This document shows positions 43,311 through 53,860 of a DNA stretch of 64,000 nt, in pieces. Location: assembly GCA_965205485.1 (NCBI GenBank), contig OZ242180.1, positions 3,264,001 through 3,328,000 of the forward strand, in the 5' to 3' direction. The position numbers and the translations under genes are program-made. The stretch's first letter is position 1; every line of letters begins with the position of its first letter. The stretch is from Candidatus Latescibacterota bacterium. Lineage in GTDB: Bacteria; Latescibacterota; UBA2968; GCA-2709665. A model generated the notes under the pieces. It did no database searches and was not told the origin of the DNA. It saw only the letters and a program-made list of their open reading frames with translations.

Positions 43311-43892
43311 ATGGCAGTGGATTTCCGCATCGTTGAGGAAACCTCCGACGTTCTTCCCGAATACGGTAGCGTGCCCATCGCCTTCGAAGTGAGCAGCCGA
43401 TTCCGGGTTGAACGGGTGTCCTGTGGCCTGGGGGGAATCCGGCTGATCGAGGAAGCCGTGAAGCCGCCCTATATCAAGGACTATGACGAACCCGATGGCC
43501 CCGAACGACTGGCGCGCAGATCGTGGGATTTGTCGAACTGGATCTTCCTGGGCGCGTTCCGGGAGCGAGAGCGCATCGGCGGCGCGATCGTCGCCTTTCA
43601 CGTCGACGACATGAACTATTGCGAAGGGCGGGAAGACCTCGCCGGCCTGTGGGACATTCGCGTCCGCCCGGACGACCGGGGACGGGGCGTCGGCAAGTCG
43701 CTGTTTCAACACGCCGAGACCTGTGCGAGGAATCGTGGTTGCAATCAGTTGAAGATAGAAACCCAGAACACCAACGTCGCCGCCTGCCGCTTCTATGCGC
43801 GCATGGGGGCCCGGCTGGGCAAGGTTCATATGTACGCCTACCACGGAGAAGGCCTGGACGAGGTGGAACTGACATGGTACAAGGATCTGTAG
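43311..43892 (+). CDS. GNAT acetyltransferase (streptothricin acetyltransferase-like)
   Basis: YIKDYD, LWDIRVRPDDRGRGVG, ETQNTNVAACRFY. Confidence 0.85.
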   Translation: MAVDFRIVEETSDVLPEYGSVPIAFEVSSRFRVERVSCGLGGIRLIEEAVKPPYIKDYDEPDGPERLARRSWDLSNWIFLGAFRERERIGGAIVAFHVDDMNYCEGREDLAGLWDIRVRPDDRGRGVGKSLFQHAETCARNRGCNQLKIETQNTNVAACRFYARMGARLGKVHMYAYHGEGLDEVELTWYKDL

Positions 43893-44001
43893 AGAAGTGT
43901 CAGTTCCCGACCAGAATCAGATAGCCCGCGACCCGATCGAAGTCTCCGCTCCCACCCGGCTCTTCCAATGTATCGCGGCGACGCCGGCGCCAGGATGGTC
44001 A

Positions 44002-44030
44002 TTGAATTAGCGCTGCGACTTCGATATATT
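44002..44030 (+). promoter_or_regulatory. Putative sigma70 promoter of the oxygenase / acidic-protein unit
   Basis: TTGAAT-17 bp-TATATT. Confidence 0.55.
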
Positions 44031-44092
44031 TAAATGACTACAATGCACGAGGATTACTGCAAGGTTCCTCAACGTGACGATGAGAAAATAAA

Positions 44093-44788
44093 ATGACGCG
44101 CGACACTCCGAAACGTGGAGCCTCGGAATGCGGCCCGGCAGTTCGTCTGTCCGAAGACGCGCTCAAGGTGCAACCCTATTTCCCGACGCTCATTTTTTCT
44201 TTGGAAGTTCCGGAAAGCGAGACTCTGAACGGCGACCTGATCGAGGCGATCTACGCCGAACGAGAACGCGACAAAGCAGGGGTGCCCAAGTCGAACTTCC
44301 CGGAGTTGGGGAGTTGGCACAGCCACGTCAATCTGCACAAGGAGGTTACGTTTTCGGAGTTGGTTCAATACGTCGATGCGGCCTCGGACATGATGTGCCG
44401 CGAGCTCGGATATCACAGGTCCTATCATCTGAACATCGGCACCATGTGGTCGATCATCAATCCACCGGGTGGCGTGAACCGTGCTCATATCCATCCCGGC
44501 TGCACCTGGAGCGGCGTCTACTACGTCCAGGCGCCCAGGAATTCGGGTCGAATCGAGTTCATCGACCCGCGCACCCAGAACCTGATGAGTCCCGTCAAAT
44601 ACATCCCCGACACCAGGCGTCCACGAATCTGCTGGACGAAAGTCCGATACAAACCCGTGGCCGGTAGAATGCTGATCTTCCCGAGTTGGCTGTACCATAG
44701 CGTGGCGCCGAATCGATCCAGAGCCAGGGGTAAGGACGCCGATCGGATCATCGTGAGCTTCAACCTGTCTCAGAAAAAGCGCAGGTAG
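44093..44788 (+). CDS. 2OG-Fe(II) oxygenase (TIGR02466-like)
   Basis: FPT, WHS, HIHPGCTWSGVYYV, FIDPR, FPSWLYHSV, RIIVSFN. Confidence 0.85.
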   Translation: MTRDTPKRGASECGPAVRLSEDALKVQPYFPTLIFSLEVPESETLNGDLIEAIYAERERDKAGVPKSNFPELGSWHSHVNLHKEVTFSELVQYVDAASDMMCRELGYHRSYHLNIGTMWSIINPPGGVNRAHIHPGCTWSGVYYVQAPRNSGRIEFIDPRTQNLMSPVKYIPDTRRPRICWTKVRYKPVAGRMLIFPSWLYHSVAPNRSRARGKDADRIIVSFNLSQKKRR

Positions 44789-44831
44789 TTACTCTGTAGT
44801 CTGCATTTACAGGACAGTAAAAGAGATTGAA

Positions 44832-45692
<861 letters not shown>

Positions 45693-45931
45693 CCGGCATT
45701 TCCGTGATTAGCGCGATTATCTTGATTGCGAGTTCCGGATAGCGTTTCTTACGCCGTCCGTCTCTTGAGTGTCCTGACCCGCGTGAAATTTGATCCGGAC
45801 TGCATCCCGAGAAGGGGACGGGCCATTCGCCGCGTTCCACACTTCGACGGATGAAAATTCACCAATATGCGAGTCTATTGCGATGAGCAGTGGTGAAGAC
45901 GCGCGACCGGCCTTATCGTGGTCTACGTGGA

Positions 45932-46160
45932 ATGAGCCGGAAAGGCGTATTGACCCGGCAGGTTGACGGCGCCCCGGTTGCAGTCTTCAGGATTCTGTTC
46001 GGCGCGTTGATGTTTGTGGAAGTCCTTCGATACTGGAAGTACGGCCGGATTGCCCGTTATTATGTCGATCCGGCCTTTTTTTCTCGTTTATCGAAGGAAT
46101 CCTCCCGTGCGGAAACTGGATGTATCTGGTGTATGCGTTGATGGGCGCCTCTTTACTATT
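45932..46160 (+). pseudogene. N-terminal remnant of an HTTM / vitamin K-dependent gamma-carboxylase-like gene
   Basis: LTRQVDGAPVAVFRILFGALMFVEVLRYWKYGRIARYYVDPAFF, frameshift around T7 (46076-46082), then PCGNWMYLVYALMGA; truncated after that. Confidence 0.75.
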
Positions 46161-46203
46161 GACGCGTTTCTCCGAAGGAGCCGCGAGGGGTCCGTACATC
46201 GCC

Positions 46204-46232
46204 TTGACTTTCCGGAACGCGCTGGTCATATT
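46204..46232 (+). promoter_or_regulatory. Promoter conserved upstream of beta-propeller copy 1
   Basis: TTGACT-17 bp-CATATT; near-identical to 48448-48476. Confidence 0.55.
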
Positions 46233-46341
46233 GGCATCCGCAAGTCCGACGCGAAGTCGAAACAGCCTGGCGAGGAGGAATAACCAAGGACAGCTTGGAC
46301 GAGAACAACCCCGCCATCGTCAATCCAACGGAAAATTAAAC

Positions 46342-48246
46342 ATGAGCCTTCTTCTCTTCGTGGCATTTGCGACAGTCCTCGCGGCACTTCTGTTGATCTT
46401 CAGGCGCGCGGCAAGCGCGGGGACCCGTGATTTCGGTGACGGGTTCGCGCGCCACGGCGTGGCGGCTCCGGTGTGTCGCGCGCGAGGGGTAGCGGCAACG
46501 GTTGACGGCGACGGGCGGCCGATCGTTCTGGCGTGGCCAATGGACCATCGGGGTTGCGGGTCGATTCTCGTGATCGACGCCCGGTCGGGTGAGGTGGAGC
46601 AGATTCCGACTCCGTTCGGGATGGCCTCCACGCCCTTTGCCGTGCTGCTGTCCTCCCGGAACCGGTTCTATTCTTATTTCGACAAGTTCGTGGAGTTCGA
46701 CGCCGAATCACGCCGCTTCACGTTCTGGTCCGACGCGCCGCCGAGATTCGCCATGTCGTTTACAGAAGACGATAACGGCACGGTCTGGACGTCCGCGTAT
46801 CCCAACTGCGAATTGCTGAGCTTCGATCCCGACAGTAGAAAACTGGAGAACCACGGCCCGCTGAACCATGAGAGTTGGCCGCAGTACCCGAGGACGATCG
46901 CGGTGGACAGTTCCGGGTGGGTCTACGCGGGCATCGGTTCCACGCGCGGGCAGATCGTTTCGTTCAATCCGGCAACAGGCGAACGTGCCGCATTGATTCC
47001 CGAGTCCGACCGCCGGCACGGCTCATCGACCGTCTACAGGGGCGTGGACGGCAAGGTGTACGGGAGGACGTTCGACACCGGTGCGTGGTGGGCGATGCTC
47101 GAAGGCGCGGTGACGCCCGTGGACGCGCCCGCCGCCGAGCGGCCGATCCTGGCCGGCATCCAGGAAGCGGTCCTGGACAATTTCCCGGATGGCTGGTCGC
47201 TCGACGAGATCAACCTTCCGGAGAAGTTCGTCGAGATCAACGAGGCGGGAACGGTAAGACGTCTGGAAATCGACTATGAATCGGCCGGGTCCCCCATCCT
47301 GTCGATCGCGGAGGGTCCGGACGGCAGAATCCACGGTTCGACCGGGCATCCCCTGAGGTTCTATACGTACGATCCGGAGGCGGATGCGTTCACCCACCAC
47401 GGGCTGTTGGACCTGATCGGACACCTGAACGCGCTCGCCGTTCAGGGCGAAAAGATCTACTGCGCGGAGTACGCGGACGGCAGGCTCTGGGAATACGACC
47501 CCGCGCGGCCCTGGGACGATCGGGCGCCCGAGGACCCGAACCCCAGGGTTTTGATATCCGTGAATCCCACGATTATCCGCCCGCACGCGCTGCTGGCGCA
47601 CCCGGACGGGCGGCGGTTGATCATGACGGGAACGCCGGGCTATGGCTTGACGGGCGGGGGGATGCTGATCTGGGATACCGGGTCCGGGAGCCATACGCTG
47701 TTGACCCACGAGGAGCTGATTCCCGCCCACAGCACGGTTTCGATTGTGGCGCTGCCGGACGGGAAGATCGTGTGCGGGACGACGATAAGTCCCGGAACGG
47801 GAGGTGAGACGCACGCGAAGGAGGCGGAACTCTACATTCTGGATCCGGATGATGGCCGTGTGCTGTTTCGCGAAGTGGTTGTGCCCGGCGCCACGGTGAT
47901 TCCGGACATGCTCCTGGGTCCCGACGGATTGATCTACGGCCTGGCCGCCGGATCCGCATTCTTCGTTTTCGATCCCGGGTCGCGCGAGATCGTCCACTTC
48001 GAGGCGACGCTGCCTTACGGCGACCTGGCGGGCCAACAGGCCCCCAGGATCATGGCGGCGGGGCCGGACAACGAGATCTACGTGCTCTTTCGCAACGCGA
48101 TCGTTCGGATCGAACCGGGTTCGTTCGAACACGCGTCGCTGGGAACACCCCCGGTGAATGCGAATGCGGGCATTGTCATTCGCGAAGGCAGGCTCTATTA
48201 TACCCACAGATCCGAAGTCTGGAGCTTCCGGATACCGGGCGTGTAG
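46342..48246 (+). CDS. Secreted multi-bladed beta-propeller protein, paralogue 1
   Basis: N-terminal hydrophobic signal; repeated xGPDGxIYG/hhxFDP blade motifs. Confidence 0.75.
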   Translation: MSLLLFVAFATVLAALLLIFRRAASAGTRDFGDGFARHGVAAPVCRARGVAATVDGDGRPIVLAWPMDHRGCGSILVIDARSGEVEQIPTPFGMASTPFAVLLSSRNRFYSYFDKFVEFDAESRRFTFWSDAPPRFAMSFTEDDNGTVWTSAYPNCELLSFDPDSRKLENHGPLNHESWPQYPRTIAVDSSGWVYAGIGSTRGQIVSFNPATGERAALIPESDRRHGSSTVYRGVDGKVYGRTFDTGAWWAMLEGAVTPVDAPAAERPILAGIQEAVLDNFPDGWSLDEINLPEKFVEINEAGTVRRLEIDYESAGSPILSIAEGPDGRIHGSTGHPLRFYTYDPEADAFTHHGLLDLIGHLNALAVQGEKIYCAEYADGRLWEYDPARPWDDRAPEDPNPRVLISVNPTIIRPHALLAHPDGRRLIMTGTPGYGLTGGGMLIWDTGSGSHTLLTHEELIPAHSTVSIVALPDGKIVCGTTISPGTGGETHAKEAELYILDPDDGRVLFREVVVPGATVIPDMLLGPDGLIYGLAAGSAFFVFDPGSREIVHFEATLPYGDLAGQQAPRIMAAGPDNEIYVLFRNAIVRIEPGSFEHASLGTPPVNANAGIVIREGRLYYTHRSEVWSFRIPGV

Positions 48247-48252
48247 AGGAAA

Positions 48253-48367
48253 CGCTGCCTGCCGATTCTACGCGCGCATGGGGCCCCGGCTCGGCAGGGT
48301 CCATATGTACGCCTACCGCGGAGAAGGCCGGGACGAGGTGGAACTGACCCGGTTCATGGACCTTTAG
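48253..48367 (+). pseudogene. 3' fragment of the GNAT gene (duplication scar)
   Basis: 115 bp collinear with 43778-43892 (AACRFYARMGPRLGRVHMYAYRGEGRDEVELT). Confidence 0.9.
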
Positions 48368-48447
48368 CGAAGCGGCAAGCCGGGAGCCGAATAAGCATGC
48401 ATTGGCGCGCATGCCGAAGGGATCTGCCGTAGTACCGGTGCATCCGC

Positions 48448-48476
48448 TTGACTTTCCGGAACGCGCTGTTCACAAT
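48448..48476 (+). promoter_or_regulatory. Promoter conserved upstream of beta-propeller copy 2
   Basis: TTGACT-17 bp-CACAAT. Confidence 0.55.
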
Positions 48477-48585
48477 TGACATCCGCGAGCCTCTGGCGAA
48501 GTCGAAACGGTCCGATTAGAACGAATAACGAAAGGCGGCTTCTGCGGTAGCGATCCCGCCGTCGTGAATCCTACAGAAGACAAAT

Positions 48586-50490
48586 ATGAGCCCCTTTCTC
48601 TTCGTAACTTTCACTACATTTCTCGCGGCCGTCCTGTTGTCAACCAGCCGATCGGCGAGCGCGGGGACCCGTGATTTCGGAAACGGCTTCGCGCGCCACG
48701 GCGTGGCGGCTCCGGTGTGTCGTGCGCGAGGGGTAGCGGCGACGGTTGACGGCCACGGGCGGCCGATCGTCCTGGCGTGGCCGATGGACCACCGCGGCTG
48801 CGGGTCGATTCTCGTGATCGACGCACAGACGGGTGAGGTGGAGCAGATTCCGACCCCGTTCGGGATGGCCTCCACGCCCTTTGCCGTGCTGCTGTCCACG
48901 CGCAACCGGTTTTATTCCTATTTCGATAAATTCGTGGAGTTCGACGCCGAGTCACGGCGTTTCACGTTCTGGACCGACGCGCCGCGAAATTTCGCCATGT
49001 CGTTTACGGAAGACGATAATGGCGTGGTCTGGACGTCCGCGTATCCAAACTGCGAACTGCTGAGTTACGTTCCGGACAGCGGGGAATTGAAAAACCACGG
49101 TCCGATGAACCGTGAGAAATGGCCGCAGTACCCCAGAACCATCGCGGTGGACAGCTCAGGGTGGGTCTACCTGGGTATCGGCTCCACGCGCGGACAGATC
49201 GTGTCATTCAATCCGACAACCGGCGAACGTAACGCGTTGATTCCCGAGTCCGACCGTCGACACGGCGCATCGACCGTCTACCGGGGGGTGAACGGCAAGG
49301 TGTACGGGAGACCCTACAATCGAGGACCCTGGTGGGAACTGCTCGAAAGGGCGGTGACGCTTGTGGACGCGCCCGCCGCAAAGCAGCCGATTCTGGAGGG
49401 CAGCCAGGAGGCGGTCCTGGACAATTTCCCGGAGGGCTGGTCGCTCGACGAGATCAACCTTCCGGAGAAGTTTGTCGAAGTCAGGGAGGCGGGAACGGTA
49501 AGGCGTCTGGAAATCGACTATGAATCGGCCGGATCCCACATTCTGTCGATCGCGGAGGGCCCGGACGGCAGGATCCACGGATCGACCGGGCATCCGCTCA
49601 GGTTCTATACGTACGATGCGCAGGCGGATACGATCATCGACCGCGGCCTGTGGGACCTGAGCGGACACCTGAACGCGCTCGCCGTTCAGGGCGAAAAGAT
49701 CTATTGCGGAGAGTATTCCGGCGGCAGGCTCTGGGAATACGACCCTGCCCGGCCGTGGGACGATCGGGCGCCCAAGGACCCCAACCCCAGGGTTTTGATA
49801 TCCGCGAGCCCGACGATTATCCGCCCGCACGCGTTGCTGGCGCACCCGGACGGGCGGCGGTTGATCATGACGGGAACGCCGGGCTATGGATTGACCGGCG
49901 GAGGGATGCTGATCTGGGATACCGGGTCCGGGAGCCATACGCTGTTGACCCACGAGGACCTGATTCCCGCCCACAGCACGGTATCGATTGTGGCGCTGCC
50001 GGACGGGAAACTCGTGTGCGGGACGACGATCAGTCCCGGCACGGGCGGGGAGGCGCACGCGAAGGAGGCGGAACTCTACATTCTGGATCCGGATGAAGGC
50101 CGTGTGCTGTTTCGCGACGTGGTTGTGCCCGGCGCCACGGTGATTCCGGACATGCTCCTGGGTCCGGACGGTCTGATCTACGGCCTGGCCGCCGGATCCG
50201 CATTCTTCGTATTCGATCCCGGGTCACGCGAGATCGTCCACTTCGAGGCGAAGCTGCCCTACGGCCACCTGGCGGGCCAGCAGGCGCCCAGAATCATGGC
50301 GACGGGACCCGACAATATGATCTACGCACTGTTTCAAGACGCGATCGTACGAATCGAACCCGGCACGTTCGAACACAAGGCGCTGGGAAAGCTCCCGGTG
50401 CGCGCGGGCGCGGGAATCGTAATTGACGACGGCAGGCTGTATTTCACACACGGTTCCGAAGTCTGGAGCTTCCGGATACCGGGCCTGTAA
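48586..50490 (+). CDS. Secreted multi-bladed beta-propeller protein, paralogue 2
   Basis: 634 aa, collinear and highly similar to 46342-48246. Confidence 0.8.
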   Translation: MSPFLFVTFTTFLAAVLLSTSRSASAGTRDFGNGFARHGVAAPVCRARGVAATVDGHGRPIVLAWPMDHRGCGSILVIDAQTGEVEQIPTPFGMASTPFAVLLSTRNRFYSYFDKFVEFDAESRRFTFWTDAPRNFAMSFTEDDNGVVWTSAYPNCELLSYVPDSGELKNHGPMNREKWPQYPRTIAVDSSGWVYLGIGSTRGQIVSFNPTTGERNALIPESDRRHGASTVYRGVNGKVYGRPYNRGPWWELLERAVTLVDAPAAKQPILEGSQEAVLDNFPEGWSLDEINLPEKFVEVREAGTVRRLEIDYESAGSHILSIAEGPDGRIHGSTGHPLRFYTYDAQADTIIDRGLWDLSGHLNALAVQGEKIYCGEYSGGRLWEYDPARPWDDRAPKDPNPRVLISASPTIIRPHALLAHPDGRRLIMTGTPGYGLTGGGMLIWDTGSGSHTLLTHEDLIPAHSTVSIVALPDGKLVCGTTISPGTGGEAHAKEAELYILDPDEGRVLFRDVVVPGATVIPDMLLGPDGLIYGLAAGSAFFVFDPGSREIVHFEAKLPYGHLAGQQAPRIMATGPDNMIYALFQDAIVRIEPGTFEHKALGKLPVRAGAGIVIDDGRLYFTHGSEVWSFRIPGL

Positions 50491-50561
50491 AGGACACGCC
50501 GACTGCCGTGACAGGTACGCGCGCCGGCACGAATTTCCTTCGTACGAGGCGGGGCGCCGGA

Positions 50562-51326
50562 TCAGGCAACCAGGGCCTCCCACAGCGCTTTGTAGTAACG
50601 CAGGAGCCGTTCCGGCTCCGGGCTGTCGGGGATTTCGGCCAGGGTATATCCGTCGTATCCTTCGGCTTTCAGCAGCCCGAAGAGTTCCCGCCAGGGGTAT
50701 TCGGCCTTGTGCAATTCGTTGATGTGCACGAGCCCGATTTTGTGTTTCAACATGTCGAAGCCGCTCCTGACCGAGCCGTCAACGACGTCCTGGGGGTTGC
50801 AGTTCCAGCAGATGTAGACGTTGTCATGGCCGGCATGGTCGATGATCGTGCGCATGCGCCGGGGTTCGCACGTGTCCCTGCCGTGTACCTCAACGCGAAT
50901 CTGGACGCCCAGGTCCACGGTTGCTTCGCCGCATTCTCCCAACGCGTGTCCGATCTGTTCCAGGGTCACTTCTTCCGGAATGCCTTTGTCCGTCTGCAGC
51001 GCGTTGGGACGCACCTTGACGCCGGAGCAGCCCAGGTCCGCGGCGAGTCTCGCGTATTCGACGGTCCCGTCGATATTCCGGCGCACGGTCTCCGGATCCG
51101 CGTCATGGTACTCGTAGACGCTTCCCAGGCCGACGATGTCGACTCCCGCGTCCTCGAACCGGCGTCTGACAGCGCTCCGTTCGGCGGATGAAAGCGCGAT
51201 CTCCACGCCGTGGGCGTGGGTGGTGCGCAGTTCAACGCCCTGGATCCCCGTGGTCTGGCACATGTCGATCAGCGTGGGTACATCCCAGTCTTTCGCGATC
51301 TGGTACGTGACGATTCCAAGTTTCAT
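50562..51326 (-). CDS. Sugar phosphate isomerase/epimerase (xylose isomerase-like TIM barrel)
   Basis: GVELR, RVEVHG, VHINEL, GYDGYTLAE. Confidence 0.85.
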   Translation of the reverse strand: MKLGIVTYQIAKDWDVPTLIDMCQTTGIQGVELRTTHAHGVEIALSSAERSAVRRRFEDAGVDIVGLGSVYEYHDADPETVRRNIDGTVEYARLAADLGCSGVKVRPNALQTDKGIPEEVTLEQIGHALGECGEATVDLGVQIRVEVHGRDTCEPRRMRTIIDHAGHDNVYICWNCNPQDVVDGSVRSGFDMLKHKIGLVHINELHKAEYPWRELFGLLKAEGYDGYTLAEIPDSPEPERLLRYYKALWEALVA

Positions 51327-51568
51327 CCGGGCGCTCCTTTCGTGCCTGGTTGGTTTTGGCGTTTGACTTCAAGATATCGGCATCCGGACGAATGTCAACG
51401 CCTTTGTATTTCGGGAATACCGTCGTCAGCCCCGCGTCCGTCGCTGATGTCCATTCGCAGGAGGGAACCCGCCGAAGATGCCATGGCTCGATCCTGAAAT
51501 GCGTTTGCATTTCCTGACAATGAGTTACGCGAGGAACCCGAGCTCTACGGAAAATACCGGGAGGACGG

Positions 51569-52088
51569 ATGAGCATCCCGGCTTCTGAACTCACCGCGGG
51601 GTTTCGAATTCGACGGGCGGCTCAGGAGGATATGGAGCGTGTGGGCAAGATCGCCCGGCAGGCATGGCAGAGGATCCACGCCAGTACGACCGAGATCATG
51701 GGTGAAGAAATGCACGCCGTGCTGTGCGCGAATTGGGAGGATGAGAAAACGGCCGCGGTCCGCCGCCACTGGGAGGCGCATCCCGAGTGGTTCCGCGTTG
51801 TCGTTGCGCACGGAGACGGGGATTGTCGCTGCGTTCCTGACGTTTTCGATCGATCGGAAGAAATCCCTGGGCAGAATTACGAACAATGCCGTTGCGCCCG
51901 AAGCGCAGGGCAAGGGGCTCGGTACGGCGATGTATCACTACGCCCTGGACTGCTTCAGGTCTGAGCGCCTCCGCTTTGCGTGCGTGGGTACGGGTCTGGA
52001 CGAGGGTCACGCCCCTGCGCGCCGCGCATATGAGAAAGCGGGTTTCAACATTGCCCAGCCCCAGGTAATGTATTATCAATACCTTTAG
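51569..52088 (+). pseudogene. GNAT acetyltransferase split by a frameshift near 51800-51815
   Basis: N-half (IRRAAQEDMERV...) and C-half (NNAVAPEAQGKGLG...PARRAYEKAGF) are in different frames. Confidence 0.75.
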
Positions 52089-52131
52089 CCCGGCTTAGAG
52101 GGTTTCCGAATTCAATACCGGTTCGAAAACC

Positions 52132-52162
52132 TTGACTGTATATCCAAATGGTTATATATGAT
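52132..52162 (+). promoter_or_regulatory. Promoter with palindromic operator
   Basis: TTGACT at 52132; TATATCCA-AA-TGGTTATA (52139-52156) in the spacer; TATATG/TATGAT -10 candidates. Confidence 0.5.
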
Positions 52163-52189
52163 GTTCCCATGATTACAGGAGTATGATTC

Positions 52190-52848
52190 ATGAAAGTTCT
52201 GATTACATCGGCAGGGACGGAGCTTGCCCAGGCATTGGCGGCGGTCCTGTCGCGGAACAGGAGGTGACGTTGACCGACGTCGAGGAGGTGTCGACTGAAT
52301 TCGCATTTCGCCGGTCACTCGGCTTTGAGGTTTTTCTGGGCCACGAGGGCGAGACGGAGTCGCTGGTACACGGGATGGATGCGATCGTGCATGTCGCGGA
52401 GCTGCCCCAGGGCCAGCAGAGTGACGAGCGTGAGATCGATTTCCAGACGCGCTGTACGTACAATCTGATGGTTGCTGCCAGGGAGAAAAACGTCCGCCAC
52501 GTGGTGTACCTTAGTTCGCTGAGCCTGTTCGAGACGTGCGATCCGAACTGGAACGTGACGGAACAATGGGCGCCGAGGCCGTCAACCGACGCGGACCTCT
52601 GGGCAAGTACCTCGGTGAGTTCACGTGCAGAGAATTCGCGCGGGAACATTCGGTGCGCGTGACGTGTTTGAGGCTCGGCGAAGTCGGCGGTGACGGCGAC
52701 ACGGCGTTGTCGGTGAAGGACGCGGTCCGGGCCATCGCATCGGCACTGACGAATGAAGGGCCGATGTGGCGGGTGCTGCACGTGACAGTCCGAGGTCGAA
52801 GACGCGAGGTTTCCCGTCGACGCGGCAAAAAAGGCCCTCGGCATCTAA
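52190..52848 (+). pseudogene. NAD-dependent epimerase/dehydratase with about 3 frameshifts
   Basis: MKVLITSAG / GMDAIVHVA...TYNLMVAA...VVYLSS / LGKYLGE...CLRLG / FPVDAAKKALGI* joined across frames. Confidence 0.75.
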
Positions 52849-53103
52849 CCTTGATTCGCAATAGTTCGGCGACCTGAATGTCGAATATGCTCAGAAGAGC
52901 AAAGACGAATTGACGTCAAGGTTCCCGGAAACCTGACGTCACTGGGCGTGAAGGGGAATTTCATCCATTTGAACGACCTCAATGCCCCGCATCGCACCGT
53001 CACCTTCTGTGCCTTTTGTGCTTTCTGTGGTAAATTGACTGTTGTCTTTTTTCAAATTGAGGCTAATGCGGTAATTCGATTCCGCGTGACCCTGGTGACG
53101 GAT

Positions 53104-53832
53104 ATGAGAGTCGTGATCTACGGCGGCAACGGGATGCTGGGGCCGCACGTCGTGAAGGCGCTTGAAGGGCGCGTGTCCCTTCGGATTACGGATCTGGAGC
53201 CGTTTGAAACGTCCCACGAGATGTTGCCCGTGGACGTGGCGGACCCTGTGGCCGTCACGCGCGCCGCGGAAGGGATGGACGCGATTATCAACCTGTCCGT
53301 TCTGCGGCCGCATCGAAAAATCGCGTTCGACGTGAATACCCTCGGATGCTATAACGTGATGCGCGCGGCCGTGAAAAACGGGATCCGGCGCGTCATCAAC
53401 ACGGGGCCGTACTTTACCGTACAGGGAGACCCCTACAGGGACTGGGACTATCACATCGTTCCGGACGTGCCCTCCAGGCCCGGAACGGGTCTGTATGTGC
53501 TGTCCAAGGGACTGGGCCAGGAAATCTGCCGGATCTTCACCTCTAACTTCGACGTGTACGTGCTGTGTTATCTGTTCTGGAGTTTTCGCGGTCACGAACC
53601 ATCCTCTCAACCGGTTCACGACCGGCCCTTTCTCGTGACGTGGCGGGATGCCGCCGGCGCGTTCCTCCCCGGACTGGAAATCCCGCTGGAGCGTCTGCCG
53701 TCGCGTTGCGAGGTATTCAATATTCTCGGCGACCGGCCGCACGGGCATTTTACGAACGCAAAGGCCAGACGGGTTTTGGGCTGGCAGCCCCGTGATGGGT
53801 TGGAATACACGTATTTGAAGAAACCGCGGTAA
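53104..53832 (+). CDS. NAD(P)-dependent oxidoreductase (extended SDR, uronate dehydrogenase-like), copy 1
   Basis: GGNGMLG, GMDAIINL, YVLSKG. Confidence 0.85.
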   Translation: MRVVIYGGNGMLGPHVVKALEGRVSLRITDLEPFETSHEMLPVDVADPVAVTRAAEGMDAIINLSVLRPHRKIAFDVNTLGCYNVMRAAVKNGIRRVINTGPYFTVQGDPYRDWDYHIVPDVPSRPGTGLYVLSKGLGQEICRIFTSNFDVYVLCYLFWSFRGHEPSSQPVHDRPFLVTWRDAAGAFLPGLEIPLERLPSRCEVFNILGDRPHGHFTNAKARRVLGWQPRDGLEYTYLKKPR

Positions 53833-53860
53833 CCGAAGCCGACCAACGCTGGAGACAGGT

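Noticed and set aside
46120..46341. 74-aa N-terminal extension of beta-propeller 1
   Set aside because: It is made of the HTTM remnant plus promoter DNA. Paralogue 2 fixes the start at 46342.
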